Source of the DNA: Veleropilina oligotropha
Taxonomy: Eukaryota
Assembly: GCA_048128005.1 (NCBI GenBank)
Contig: JBEUKZ010000127.1
Location: 186,001 to 250,000 of the forward strand
Reading direction: 5' to 3'
DNA: 64,000 nt
Within the stretch, counting starts at the first letter, position 1. Each line of letters starts with the position of its first letter. The translations under genes and the position numbers were made by a program. A model generated the notes under the pieces. It made no database searches. It was not told where the DNA came from and saw only the letters and a list, made by a program, of their open reading frames with translations. Positions 25,594 to 37,910 of the stretch are shown here, one piece after another.

Positions 25594-26522
25594 GAGACCT
25601 CATAGGGTCTCCTATACAGAGTACCTTGAGGTACCCTATGCAGGGGACCTCCTTTGGTCTTCAAGATAGGAGACCGTAGGTCTCCTAAATAGAAGACTTC
25701 AGTGTTAAAATTCAGTTTTGTAGACTTAAATGCCCCAGGTCCAGAACAAGATATACTAGGTCCTATAAAGGAAAGTTTTTTCAAACAGGATTGCTATTTG
25801 GCTTTTCTTCATGTGATGGACTAACTATGTAATTTAGAAGAAAAGATCTTTGTCCACATAATAAGAGACCTAGGATTTGACCTACTTTCACTGATATCAG
25901 TTCAGAAAGCATGCCTTTAGCATTAAATCCAGATGTTTTACAATATAACATAGAAAACCTACTGATATATTTTATTATCAGAACATGTTTAATCCAAAAA
26001 TAGGCCCTGGGGAGCATTTATATGTGATATTTGAATAGTACATATACAATCATGAGAGACCTCATAAGGTCTCCTATACAGAGTACATTGAGGTACCCTA
26101 TGCAGGGGACCTCCTTTGGTCTTCAAGATAGGAGACCGTAGGTCTCCTAAATAGAAGACTTCAGTGTTAAAATTCAGTTTTGTAGACTTAAATGCCCCAG
26201 GTCCAGAACAAGATATACTAGGTCCTATAAAGGAAAGTTTTTTCAAACAGGATTGCTATTTGGCTTTTCTTCATGTGATGGACTAACTATGTAATTTAGA
26301 AGAAAAGATCTTGGTCCACATAATAAGAGACCTAGGATTTGACCTACTTTCACTGATATCAGTTCAGAAAGCATGCCTTTAGCATTAAATCCAGATGTTT
26401 TACAATATAAAATAGAAAACCTACTGATATATTTTATTATCAGAACATGTTTAATCCAAAAATAGGCCCTGGGGAGCATTTATATGTGATATTTGAATAG
26501 TACATATACAATCATGAGAGAC
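25594..26522. repeat. Subterminal 462-bp tandem duplication (mirror copy about 45206-46134; diverged partial third copy about 29983-30233 and 41194-41444)
   Basis: gagacctcata at 25594 and 26056; identical pseudo-ORFs MKKLSFIGP... and MLPRAYFW... are repeated. Confidence 0.92.
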
Positions 26523-26868
26523 ACTCTGATGAAGGTCAAGTGAACACATTCCAAGTCAAGCATTATGTAATCAGGCCTGCTGGTAATTACTCACAGATGG
26601 TTAATGACTTCCATGGTGACCAGCTTTCATGAACTAATGGTTGAATACTTTGATTATATATATATGTATGTATGCCTGCGTGTGTGTGTGTTCAGTCTAT
26701 AAGATAGTTTTGAACTTTAAATATGCATTATCTCAAAACCTAAAAAGTGTGACATCACAGGTTTTTCCCGTGGGCGTGTCTGTAACTTCTATCTGAACTA
26801 CTGTCAGGTAAGAAACATTTATTGCTATCATGAAATATGATATATTTACATTGTGCTATTGAATGATT

Positions 26869-28154
26869 TTTATCCCCCGCGGCTTCCGAAGGAAAAAGCC
26901 GAAGGGGGATATAGGGATAGCATCCGTCCGTCCGTCCTTCCGTCCGTCCGTCCGTCCGTCCGTCCTTCCGTCCGTCCGTCCCTCCGGTCACAATTTTGGT
27001 TAAAGTTTTTGGATAAGGTATTACATGCATTTAATGGATGAATAACTCAATCAAACCTATTTAGATGGAAAGTAGACATGTTTAGCCTTTAGTTGGAATC
27101 AAAAACAAAAAGATTTTTTATTTATTTTGTGAAAAAATAGCACTTTGAACATAAACATTTTTCAGTTAAAGTTTTTGGTTAAAGTTTTTTTTTTTTAGTA
27201 TATCGATTGCTCAAGGAACATTTCGGCATACACAAGCTTTAATAATGGTTATATGGATGTGACCTGATACTCTGGCAATGATTTACGCTATAATGTTATA
27301 TAAATAATGCATGAAATTGGTGTTTTGGGACATATAAATTTAGTTACAAGTTTTCAGTTAAAGTTTTTAACTGAGTGCTTATACAATGATCATTGCAATT
27401 TTTTGCATACTTATGCTTTGTTGGTGGCTATATTTATGCTACCTGCTAAGCCTGGCAGTGATATTGAACAAAATTTAATATAAATAATTTGTGAAATTGG
27501 TGTTTTTTATATAGAATATTTAAATTTCTGTTAAATTGTTTAGGTTAAAGTTTTTCGATGATTGCATATAGGTTTAGTAAGTCAATTTTTAATGCATATT
27601 CTTTGGTGTTGGCCTTATTGGCACTACCTGCTATCCTTAATACAATTTAAAATAAATAATTGCTGTTTTTTTTACATAGAAATTTAGTAAACATTTTCGG
27701 TTAAAGTTTTTCAATTAGCAAATATTGATTGATTAAGGCATGTTTTTGCAAACATATGCATTGGTGTATGCTTCATAGTTGTTACCTACTATTCTGACAG
27801 TTATATTGATTAGTGCATATGGGTTGGGTCTGTTTTGCTACATGCTGCTCTGGCAGTGATGTTGCATTCAATTTAACACAAAATCTGTATTAAATTTGTG
27901 TATTTGGACATAGAAATTTTGATTTATTTAACACAAATAATTTGTTACATTTGCAAGTTTGGACAAAGTTGTTCAATTAGTGCATGTGGGCTGCTCAAGA
28001 TATATTTTGTATGCTGGCTGATATATCTAGGAAGTAAAGCCCAATTTCAATAAGAAATCTCCATACCATCCAAACATTGTACTAAATCTATTTCTTGCAT
28101 ATATTGACAAAATGCTTTACCGCGGGGGATACCGCTATATCGATAGCACTTGTT
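26869..28154 (+). mobile_element. HINE-like element, left arm only
   Basis: tttatcccccgc...gggggatata...(GTCC)n...satellite units...cgcgggggataccgctatatcgatagcacttgtt; inserted in a T-run with no TSD; empty site at about 44855-44870 in the right arm. Confidence 0.8.
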
Positions 28155-29317
28155 TCCATTGTTTTGAAAAAATATTTGTTGAATGCATCAAACAGTCTTT
28201 TAACAATTGGCACCAATAGGATAATAGCATCATAAATGAATGTGAGCCCTAATTTTTATAATCATGTTCAACCATATTTCAGTCTGCAAGTGGACCAGCA
28301 TTTAATGTCTCTATCCAATCAGACATATCAACTGTGGTTATCTGCGAAAACTGGTGTTTTCAAAGCTTTTTGGTCATAACCAAATTTATATATTTATATG
28401 TGTGTGCACATTTATGTCTTGCAGTCAAGTATTGAGGTTCATTAACTCCCTAGGGAGTATGTTATCAGTAGTCTTAATTAAGGATGCAATTAAATGTTGA
28501 CTGATATCTAAGTTGTTCAGGATCAAGTGTTAAGTGAAGATAATCATGTATCATGGGTACTGTAATTAACACTAATGCTTCCCTAGGGAGACTTGCAATT
28601 AGATGCAGTGTTGGCTGTAATAAGTGAAATGGTGTTCTTTAAAATCCCACATAATACCTGTAGCAAATGAACTTTCCCCAGTTATCAATATGGTTCATTA
28701 AAGCTTACAAGCAAAAGCGAAAATGAATAAGAAGTGATCTCTTTTAATTGTTTTTATTATGTTCTATAATTGTTTGACTTGGTTGTTTGCCACCACCTGG
28801 ACGGGGTGGGTTCTACTGATATATTAAAATGAAATTCCAATTCAAAATGAACAAGCCTGTTCACGTTCAAGTGGATAGTGAACTTCGGTCCAGACCAAAC
28901 CAATTGATTCAATTCTATTCCAAGTAATTACTAAAAAAGATAACATGCTTGCTAACACATCATTTCACCATCATCAAACTGGTTAACAGGCAGATTTCTT
29001 TTATATATTATATCATGACTTGAAATGCAAATGAAAATTGTGATATTGAATGTTTGTCTGTATACATCTTGAATAATTCAATAACTCAGAATTAGCAAGT
29101 ATAATGTGTGTGATAAAACTGGATTGATTGCATGGGCTATTATTCCAGCAGCGACCTGCATGGGCATGCTGATGTTACATCACTTTTCGATCATACAGGT
29201 AATATAATTATTTTACATGCATAATGTGCTGGGTTTACACAAGTGACTGAGATATATACAAGGTTTGGTGACATAGTCATAGGTACCTTGGGAAAAAGTT
29301 ACTCATCGATGGCTTGG

Positions 29318-29567
29318 AGAGTGAGTGCGTTGGTGTTTATTGTCCTTACACCCTCTTCGGGTCAAACCAGGACATGTCCATATTATTGTGGGAGGAAAGC
29401 CCGGATTTAACCGGTGAAACCCACTCGCACAGGCCAGCTATGGACAACTGTGTCTGATGACGAATTATTGCCTTAGACCGGACTCGGAACTCGCAATGAT
29501 AGTGACATTGTATACAGGTCAAGTTGAATTGGAGTGAGCTCACTATTCACTCGGCCACCGGGCGCCC
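29318..29567 (-). mobile_element. tRNA-derived SINE with V-domain-like core, left arm
   Basis: 12-bp TSD tcgatggcttgg; tRNA-like head with A/B boxes; core gggtttcaccggttaaatccgggctttcctccca. Confidence 0.75.
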
Positions 29568-30462
29568 TCGATGGCTTGGGGACTAGTAACTCGCTTTGCT
29601 GTGAGAGGTATGTGAGTACTGGAACTCGGCTTGAATCCGCGGGTAAAGTTACCATGTCTGATCTGTTTGGTGATCACACAACGATTGAAGATGATAAGAT
29701 CGTACACAACACAAAGAAACAACAAGGAGACAATGTAGTTAAGAAATGTTTATATATTGTACCAATAGATTTAATAAATATTATTATGTAACAAATTTAT
29801 TCTTTAAAATAACTGCTATAACATTCTGTGTTAATGAATACCTAGAGCAAGTCATGCCATTAATGTTTTGATAGCAAATACAAAACAATAACTTATTATT
29901 GATATATTATTAAATTAAATCACAGTTTTGGCTCGCATTTTAAGCATAAAAGTGAGCCTTTGTAATGATGATGTCCGTTCCCATTGAGGTACCCTATACA
30001 GGGGACCTCCTTTGGTCTTCAAGATAGGAGACCATAGGTCTCCTAAATAGAAGACTTCAGTGTTAAAATTCAGTTTTGTAGACTTAAATGCCCCAAGTCC
30101 AGAACAAGATATACTAGGTCCTCTAAAAGAAGGTTTTTTCAAACAGGATTACCATTTGGCTTTTCTTCATGTGAGGGATTAATTTAATATGTTATTTAGA
30201 AGAAAAGATCTTGGTCCACATAATAAGAGACCTATAATCCAATAATGCAAGATTTTCTGTATAGTTACAACACTTTTGATATTGTTGATTGCAAATAATA
30301 CCAAAATGACATAAAAACAAAAGCACAAATTAAAAGTTATTCATTATAATGTTGTTTATATGTTCATCTTTATTTTAAAATTGATGAATTTATGGAGTAA
30401 TTAATTCGAACAAATTTATTAGAAAACAAATATTTCAAAATACAATTGAACAATACTTCGAA

Positions 30463-33400
30463 TTAATCAATAACAAATGAATTATTACCTTTCGATACCT
30501 CCATTACCTTTTGTTTTACTTCCTGTACTATTGCAACAATGTCTCCTTTCCTTCTGTTTTTAATGCTTTTCAAGGACTCGGCATATGTCAATTGCATATC
30601 ATGGGGTAACATTTCAAGATATGCACCAAACATGACTTGCAGGTTGTCCTTAGTTTGGTTTTCCAGGCTTTCATATTTGTCCCTTTCTTGTCTTGTAACA
30701 AATAATGGTGCCTGACTTTTTATGTTCTCATCACACATTAAAAAAAGTTCAGTTCGACGTTTTTGTCTAATGATTGCCATCTGTGTGAATTCTTTTAAGT
30801 CACTATCCAACTCAATTCCAGTGATACTTTGTAGTTGTTCTAAGTGATATGGTTCAGAAAGAATTTTGGACTTCCGCAAGTGGCTCCTCCACATTGCAAT
30901 TTCATTGTCATATACTGACTTGTGATCGGTATCATTTGTTGGATCATCAATATCCATTTGTTTTATCGTGTTATCCCTGATCAGTTGCATTTTGTCCAGA
31001 TTTCTGTATATGTTCAGCCATTGCTTTGTATTTGGGAATCCACAAATCCATGATTTAGACTGCTTATTTAAATTAAATTTTCTAACACAAAATCTAAACC
31101 TTCTGCTTTTGATTGTTTTCCAGTTGAACTGAATGAACAGTTGTGATCCAGAAATGTCTTCACTTCATCATCATATAGGTGGTAATTTGCACTGTCAGCA
31201 ATGTCGATCAGCTGGTATTTTGGATGATTCCTTCCATGAAACAATGGAGCAAACTTGTGTCTTCCTGATCTCATCAAAGGAGCATTCCTCTGTCTGACAC
31301 CTGCTCGGTGATTAATGATCGCGAGAGCATATCTGAATACCAGTTCGGTATATAGAATGTAATTTGGGTTTTTGGTCAACTTGAGATAACTTAAGTAGCC
31401 CTTCACAGTAGGCATATCATTGTTACGGATCGACTTTCTAATATATGGGAGAATCAATTCATCCATTGTTCCCAAAAAGAAAATAGTCAAAAGTCCCCAT
31501 GCTTTGTGCATATCACATGCTTTTTTGCAGTAGTTCGCTGCTGCATCTGTACAAAATCCCAATATTCTTCCCAGTTGAGAAAGACAAATGTCCCAGGAGA
31601 ATTCAAAGAAAGTTCTTATCATATTCATTTCCATATGACCTTCACCAGGTAGCAACAACAACCAATCGAATTCAAGCTTTGTAACCATATCTTCTGTTGG
31701 ATGACATTCATTCAAATGTTCATTCAGGAGAGATATACCATAGAATAATAGATCACAAACACTACATATGTACATATTTCTAATCAGTTTGTGAACAATG
31801 TTATATGGCACACCATCCATGACACATGGTAACCACCGTCGCTTTCCTGGACCTCCATGAATCCCAGCTCTTTGTCCAATTTCTCTCAGGACTGTGGCTA
31901 AATTGTCATACGAATTTGGATTGACAAATATTGGATCACCAACGTGAAGCTGATATTCATCTTTATCACTTATAACTGCTTTCAACGATTTTTCGTAATT
32001 TCCATTTGCTAATACATATCCAAATTCCTTTTGCATTTGTGTGTTATCTTCCTCAGATCTGTCTTTTTCCAAGCTATCTTCAATTTCGCTATTCATATTT
32101 CTCACCAGATGAACTTTACAGTGTGGACAGATCCTTTTTAATTTTGGAAAAGTATGAAAGCATTCTGGACATTTTTATGCCACCACCAATTTATTGGGGT
32201 GGCATTTAGATTTACTCTTGTCCGTCCCGTCCGTCCCGAAACCAGTATTTGCGTGTAAGCAACTCCAATCTGCTATAACTTCTATTTGCCTTCATGGATT
32301 GACTTCATACTTTGTACACTTGCTTATCATCATTCATCCTTCGCTTCTGCGACCCATCCATGTCGCCGTATGGCCAAGGTCAAATGACTTAGCTCTTCAA
32401 ACCAGTATTTGCGTGTAAGCAACTCAAATCTGCTATAACTTCTATTTGCCTTCATGGATTGACTTCATACTTTGTACACTGCCCCTATGGTCAAGGCTGC
32501 CAGTGGGGGCATTCGTGTCCGATGGACATATTTCTAGTTTATCTCTTTTTGATGCCTCCTTCTGTAACTTTACATCAATATCATCAAATTGACGCATTCT
32601 ATGTTCACTGTATACTTTTTGTAATCGCGAATGCAAATATATATATAATTGTTCATAATGCTCATCTTCGTATTGACTTTGTGTCGATCTTTCATCCTCA
32701 AAATCATTGTTCTCACGAAAGAGTTAAGACAGTTTTTCAGAGTATAACTTGTAATCAAACAATTCGTTAGGAAGTGAAAGTTCCTCTTTTATCTGAAGCT
32801 GATCATGAATTTCTTTGTTAATTCTTACAAGACATACACTTGTCAGCATTGATATCGGCACCTTAGAATGCAATTTGACCCGGTATGTCTTGCCAACAAT
32901 TTGCTGATTGTCCAAGCCACAAACAAGTCTCCATCTGGGAAGGATAATGCATCTGCTGCATGGTCTCTTAGCCAATTCTTAATGGTCCAGTAGCTGCCAG
33001 ATGGATGACCAGCAGCAGAGATGTTGGTAGCAGCTTTGCTACCAGTTATTGAATAAGTCAGAAGATTTTCTGCAAATGCTTGGGGCATCACATACTTTGA
33101 ATTTTGCGCATGATAGAGCTGCTCCAGGGCCTTTACTTTGAGATACGTAATATTCCCAGTTGATCGATGACTGTCACTTAGTCCATTGATGAAACCTGTC
33201 ACAACTGGATTTCTCTTAGAATACCAAATTTCTGAATCAAAATTGCACAAATAATTGTCATCTTTAAATTGTTTGCTTATGTTTAAAATATCACTTCCAA
33301 TTGCTTTCTGTTGTGACTTTCCAATGCAATAAGCTAACTCTGCCAGATCACTTTGTAAAACATTTCCCTTCTGAATGCATGATTTCACAATGTTAAAGTG

Positions 33401-33883
33401 ATAAGTTTTCAGGTCAGGACTTGCACAGTTTTCTGCAATGGCAGTTTTAGTCAAGGGAGAATGCACTGGTGAACAAAAGTGAGAATTTTCATGACACTGA
33501 AAATCATTCTGATGTCTCTTAATTTCACTGGGACCTGCACTGCTGGAGTTGATGTCTTTGCCTGTGTCTAACTTCCAAGGGGTGGTTAAGTGCTCCTGGT
33601 GTCGAATTTCGCATTCTGGTACAGACTCCAGATGTCCAGATTCTGACTGAAATAATTGTTGTTGGGTTGTAACACAAGACAAGCAGTTCATGCACACCAC
33701 AATCTCTCTGTAACCTTTCTTATATTTGCTGTAACTTCTCAATAATTGATTCTTGCGAAAGATGTATTTGATATGCTTGTTCACTTTGTCACGAAATCTG
33801 AGATATCTTTCAGGATCTGCTATGGCATTATGCTTCCATTCATCATGTCGATTACATGAACATCGTGTTATGACTTTCGGCAT
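30463..33883 (-). pseudogene. Academ-like DDE transposase, left-arm copy (1-bp deletion near 32915, HINE insertion near 32174, 5-bp insertion near 31070)
   Basis: ORF pieces 33919-32843, 32975-32724, 32105-31068 and 30990-30463; motifs as in the right-arm copy. Confidence 0.75.
32174..32539 (+). mobile_element. Short HINE-like element inserted in the left transposase copy
   Basis: tttatgccaccacc...ggggtggcat, gtccgtccc repeat, internal duplication, ...gggggcattcgtgtccgatggacatatttctagtt; T-run target; absent at 39250 in the right arm. Confidence 0.8.
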
Positions 33884-34451
33884 ATCTAAAATAAAAAACA
33901 TAAAACAGAGCTTTTTCATATGATACTTCTTTACAATTTGCAGTGTATTAATGATATAAAATTGACTAAGGGTAATGTTAATTGCAATAATGAACCTGTC
34001 ATCATCATCGTAAACACTGCAGGGATTTATTACATCAATAAATAAAATCTGTTACATACTGTGTCTGGATAAATTATGTTTGTTAGCCGAATTATGTTAA
34101 ATAGCAGGGTTTATATTTTGACATTTAAAAAGTTTCTTGTCATTAATCTTAGTCAGTTGCACAATTATTAATAGGAAACTGTAGGATATCTAACATCATA
34201 ATGCACATAGTAAATTAAGATGTTATTTGTACACAAAGACTCTGTAAAAGTTATGAATGTTGAAATGAAAGCTAATATTAATGTTTTAATAACTGGATTC
34301 AACTATTGAAATGTATTATTGAAAACTCTTGTTAGTAGCCTAATATTACTCTTGCTTTAATTTAGTTGCCGAAACAATTGGTTAATCACTATTGAGTGGT
34401 ATTGGTCCTTTCTGGATGGATGCATATTTTGTTCTGTATGTAACTATAAAA

Positions 34452-34808
34452 TAATACCGGTAATGTGAACGATTTTATCCGCGGTTTCTCACACACAAGT
34501 GCATGCTCAAAGCGCTTACATAATTATTATTCCCGGATTATTGACCTATTCATTCAATAATCCATCTCAACTCTTTGAGAGTATTACGTGCAAGTACATG
34601 CCTGTTAGGCACTTGACCAATCGTTTTGACAATTTCTGTCGCTGCCAACCAGGTACCCACTCAGATCTCACTCGGCTGGGTGAAACTGAGGCACATATAT
34701 ATATATATATATGCTTAATTCCTTGCCCAAGGCAATTCACCGGGATCGTGAATTGAACCCCAAACCATTCGATGAGAGGCCAGTGCACTACCACTGAGCC
34801 ACGACGCA
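34452..34808 (-). mobile_element. tRNA-derived CORE/Nin-like SINE, left arm
   Basis: Reverse complement of 36986-37342. Confidence 0.75.
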
Positions 34809-36985
34809 AATGGATTATGTCCAATATATAATTAATATTAAGGGATTCTGTGTTTCAGAAAAGTGTGATATTTATAGGAATTTCTTTATAACCGGTACCT
34901 CATAAAGTGGAATCTACTGTATCAAAGTTGTGATTCCGAATTATTATCATTATTATTTAAACCATTTCTATTGCACTTTATCTTTTACAGCTCTAAGTGC
35001 ATGTAGGCCTGCCTTACAAACTCACTAAAGATTTACTTCTGGGCTTTCTGAAACTTGAAATCTCAATAAACCACATCAGTCGGTACCTCAAGTTTGAATG
35101 TATTGGGATATTTTAAAAGTTTTTTGCAACTTAGAACTCTGAAAGCTTATGTCCATTCAAATATACATGCAAAAATCAATAACAAATTTCACTAAGACTT
35201 AAAGAAATGGTACGTTTCTGAAACTTTACAAATCAGTTAACCACATTATTATTTTTTTATGAATTTGGTCTTTGTCACTGAAAATTTATGTGAAGTCACA
35301 TTTTTTTCCATTTAGAGAAATGATACCTTTCTTATACTTTACTTGTAAATCAATTTACCACATCATAGGCTCATTAAGGTCGAGTATTGGAAATATATTT
35401 ATACAATTTAATTATTATTTTATGACTTTGGTCTTTGTCACTGAAAGCTTATATAAAGTCACAAACTAACAATTATTTTTCATTTAGGGAAATGATACTT
35501 TTCTAATACTTGACAAATTAGTTAACAGCATCGTAGGCTACATTAAGTTGGAATATTGGTAAAATATCTTTACAACTGATCTTTGTCGATGAATCTTATA
35601 TAAAGTCACAAACACGCAAATCTTTTTTGATTTATAGAATTGATACATTTTTTATACTTTCAAATAACCACATCATAGGCTATACATTAAGTTCAAATAT
35701 TGGAAATATATTTATACAATTTAATGTGTGTTCTCAACTTTGAACATAGTCTATGAGATAGCTCATCCGTCACACTGCGCTTAACTTTAAGTTGATATGG
35801 TCGATAAAATGCCATGGAGTCGAAAAATATTATAGATTGATGTACTGTGCCTAGGTAATCGGATTAGTTTGATTCGGCAATCAGTAATTACCTGGACACC
35901 ATAAATATTCCACTAAACAACTGAAATACTGTTGGCGTGGTCGTTAAACATCAATTCATCATCACCACCCTTCCCTCTTACACAGCATGAGAAGGTAAGA
36001 GCGATCCTTGATTAGCTTAATTAATGAGAACCTGCTGTCAATAGGATGGTAAACAAGTTCAGAATAGCAGGTATAAATAAAAGGCCTGGTAGGTGAAGAA
36101 CCATCGGCTGTCTCAGCCTTTTCTCATTTTATCAAATCACCTGCATATATTGGTAATAATACTCCGGTGTGTGGATTAATTTAACATTAAGTTGGTAAGT
36201 GCAATTTTCGTATTCATATTTTGAGTTCTGATGAATATGAATATATATTCCTGATTACAGTAGCCTGTAGACCATCTGTAATTCAGTATATATGATATTA
36301 TATTACATTTGTGTTCAGAATCAAAACGCTTAAAACTGAAACAGCATTTTAAAATATTGTGCTATCATTTACATACATGTATAAATGATTTTGAAAGCAT
36401 GCTTTTTTAATTATAGCATTGCGAATCGAGTCAACACAATATATAATTGCTTTATGCAATAATTGTGACCTTTCAAAGGGTAAATGTAAATTTATATTTA
36501 CAAGAGAAATACCTTGCATGAAACAGTGATTTGTTATTTATTTCAACATTACCTTGTTCAGAATTTTCACTTCAGTAAATTTAAAATTTACGTACCATCA
36601 ATATCTCCCATAGTAACTTTGTAATGGATGTACAACATATATATACATGCAGAATAGTGGAAGTTCATTAACTTGTAACAACAATATTATGAAGGTAATC
36701 AAAGCCAGTAATATTATCCAGACAGATAGTAAAAATTATGATATTGAAGCCAACACCAACACCATCAGTGTATATGACTTCCATTCATCACCAAGATCAG
36801 AGACAAACATATTAGATTCTTCTACTGCAAGTATAGCTGCGCAGAGCCAAGAAATAACAAATCACTGTTTGATACAGTAGATTCCACTTTATGATGTACC
36901 AGTTATAAAGAAATTCCTATAAATATCACACTTTTCTGAAACACAGAATCCCTTAATATTAATTATATATTGGACATAATCCATT

Positions 36986-37342
36986 TGCGTCGTGGCTCAG
37001 TGGTAGTGCACTGGCCTCTCATCGAATGGTTTGGGGTTCAATTCACGATCCCGGTGAATTGCCTTGGGCAAGGAATTAAGCATATATATATATATATATG
37101 TGCCTCAGTTTCACCCAGCCGAGTGAGATCTGAGTGGGTACCTGGTTGGCAGCGACAGAAATTGTCAAAATGATTGGTCAAGTGCCTAACAGGCATGTAC
37201 TTGCACGTAATACTCTCAAAGAGTTGAGATGGATTATTGAATGAATAGGTCAATAATCCGGGAATAATAATTATGTAAGCGCTTTGAGCATGCACTTGTG
37301 TGTGAGAAACCGCGGATAAAATCGTTCACATTACCGGTATTA
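36986..37342 (+). mobile_element. tRNA-derived CORE/Nin-like SINE, right arm
   Basis: gtggctcagtggtag (A box), ggttcaatt (B-like), ccttgggcaagg...gtgcctcagtttc (CORE-like), cacccag...gggtacctgg, L2-like tail tgtaagcgctttgag. Confidence 0.75.
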
Positions 37343-37910
37343 TTTTATAGTTACATACAGAACAAAATATGCATCCATCCAGAAAGGACCAATACCACAC
37401 AATAGTGATTAACCAATTGTTTCGGCAACTAAATTAAAGCAAGAGTAATATTAGGCTACTAACAAGAGTTTTCAATAATACATTTCAATAGTTGAATCCA
37501 GTTATTAAAACATTAATATTAGCTTTCATTTCAACATTCATAACTTTTACAGAGTCTTTGTGTACAAATAACATCTTAATTTACTATGTGCATTATGATG
37601 TTAGATATCCTACAGTTTCCTATTAATAATTGTGCAACTGACTAAGATTAATGACAAGAAACTTTCTAAATGTCAAAATATAAACCCTGCTATTTAACAT
37701 AATTCGGCCAACAAACATAATTTATCCAGACACAGTATGTAACAGATTTTATTTATTGATGTAATAAATCCCTGCAGTGTTTACGATGATGATGACAGGT
37801 TCATTATTGCAATTAACATTACCCTTAGTCAATTTTATATCATTAATACACTGCAAATTGTAAAGAAGTATCATATGAAAAAGCTCTGTTTTATGTTTTT
37901 TATTTTAGAT

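Noticed and set aside
36986..37060. tRNA genes at the SINE heads (also 41860, 56012, 61371)
   Set aside because: A/B boxes are followed by SINE cores and tails, several with TSDs; no proper cloverleaf
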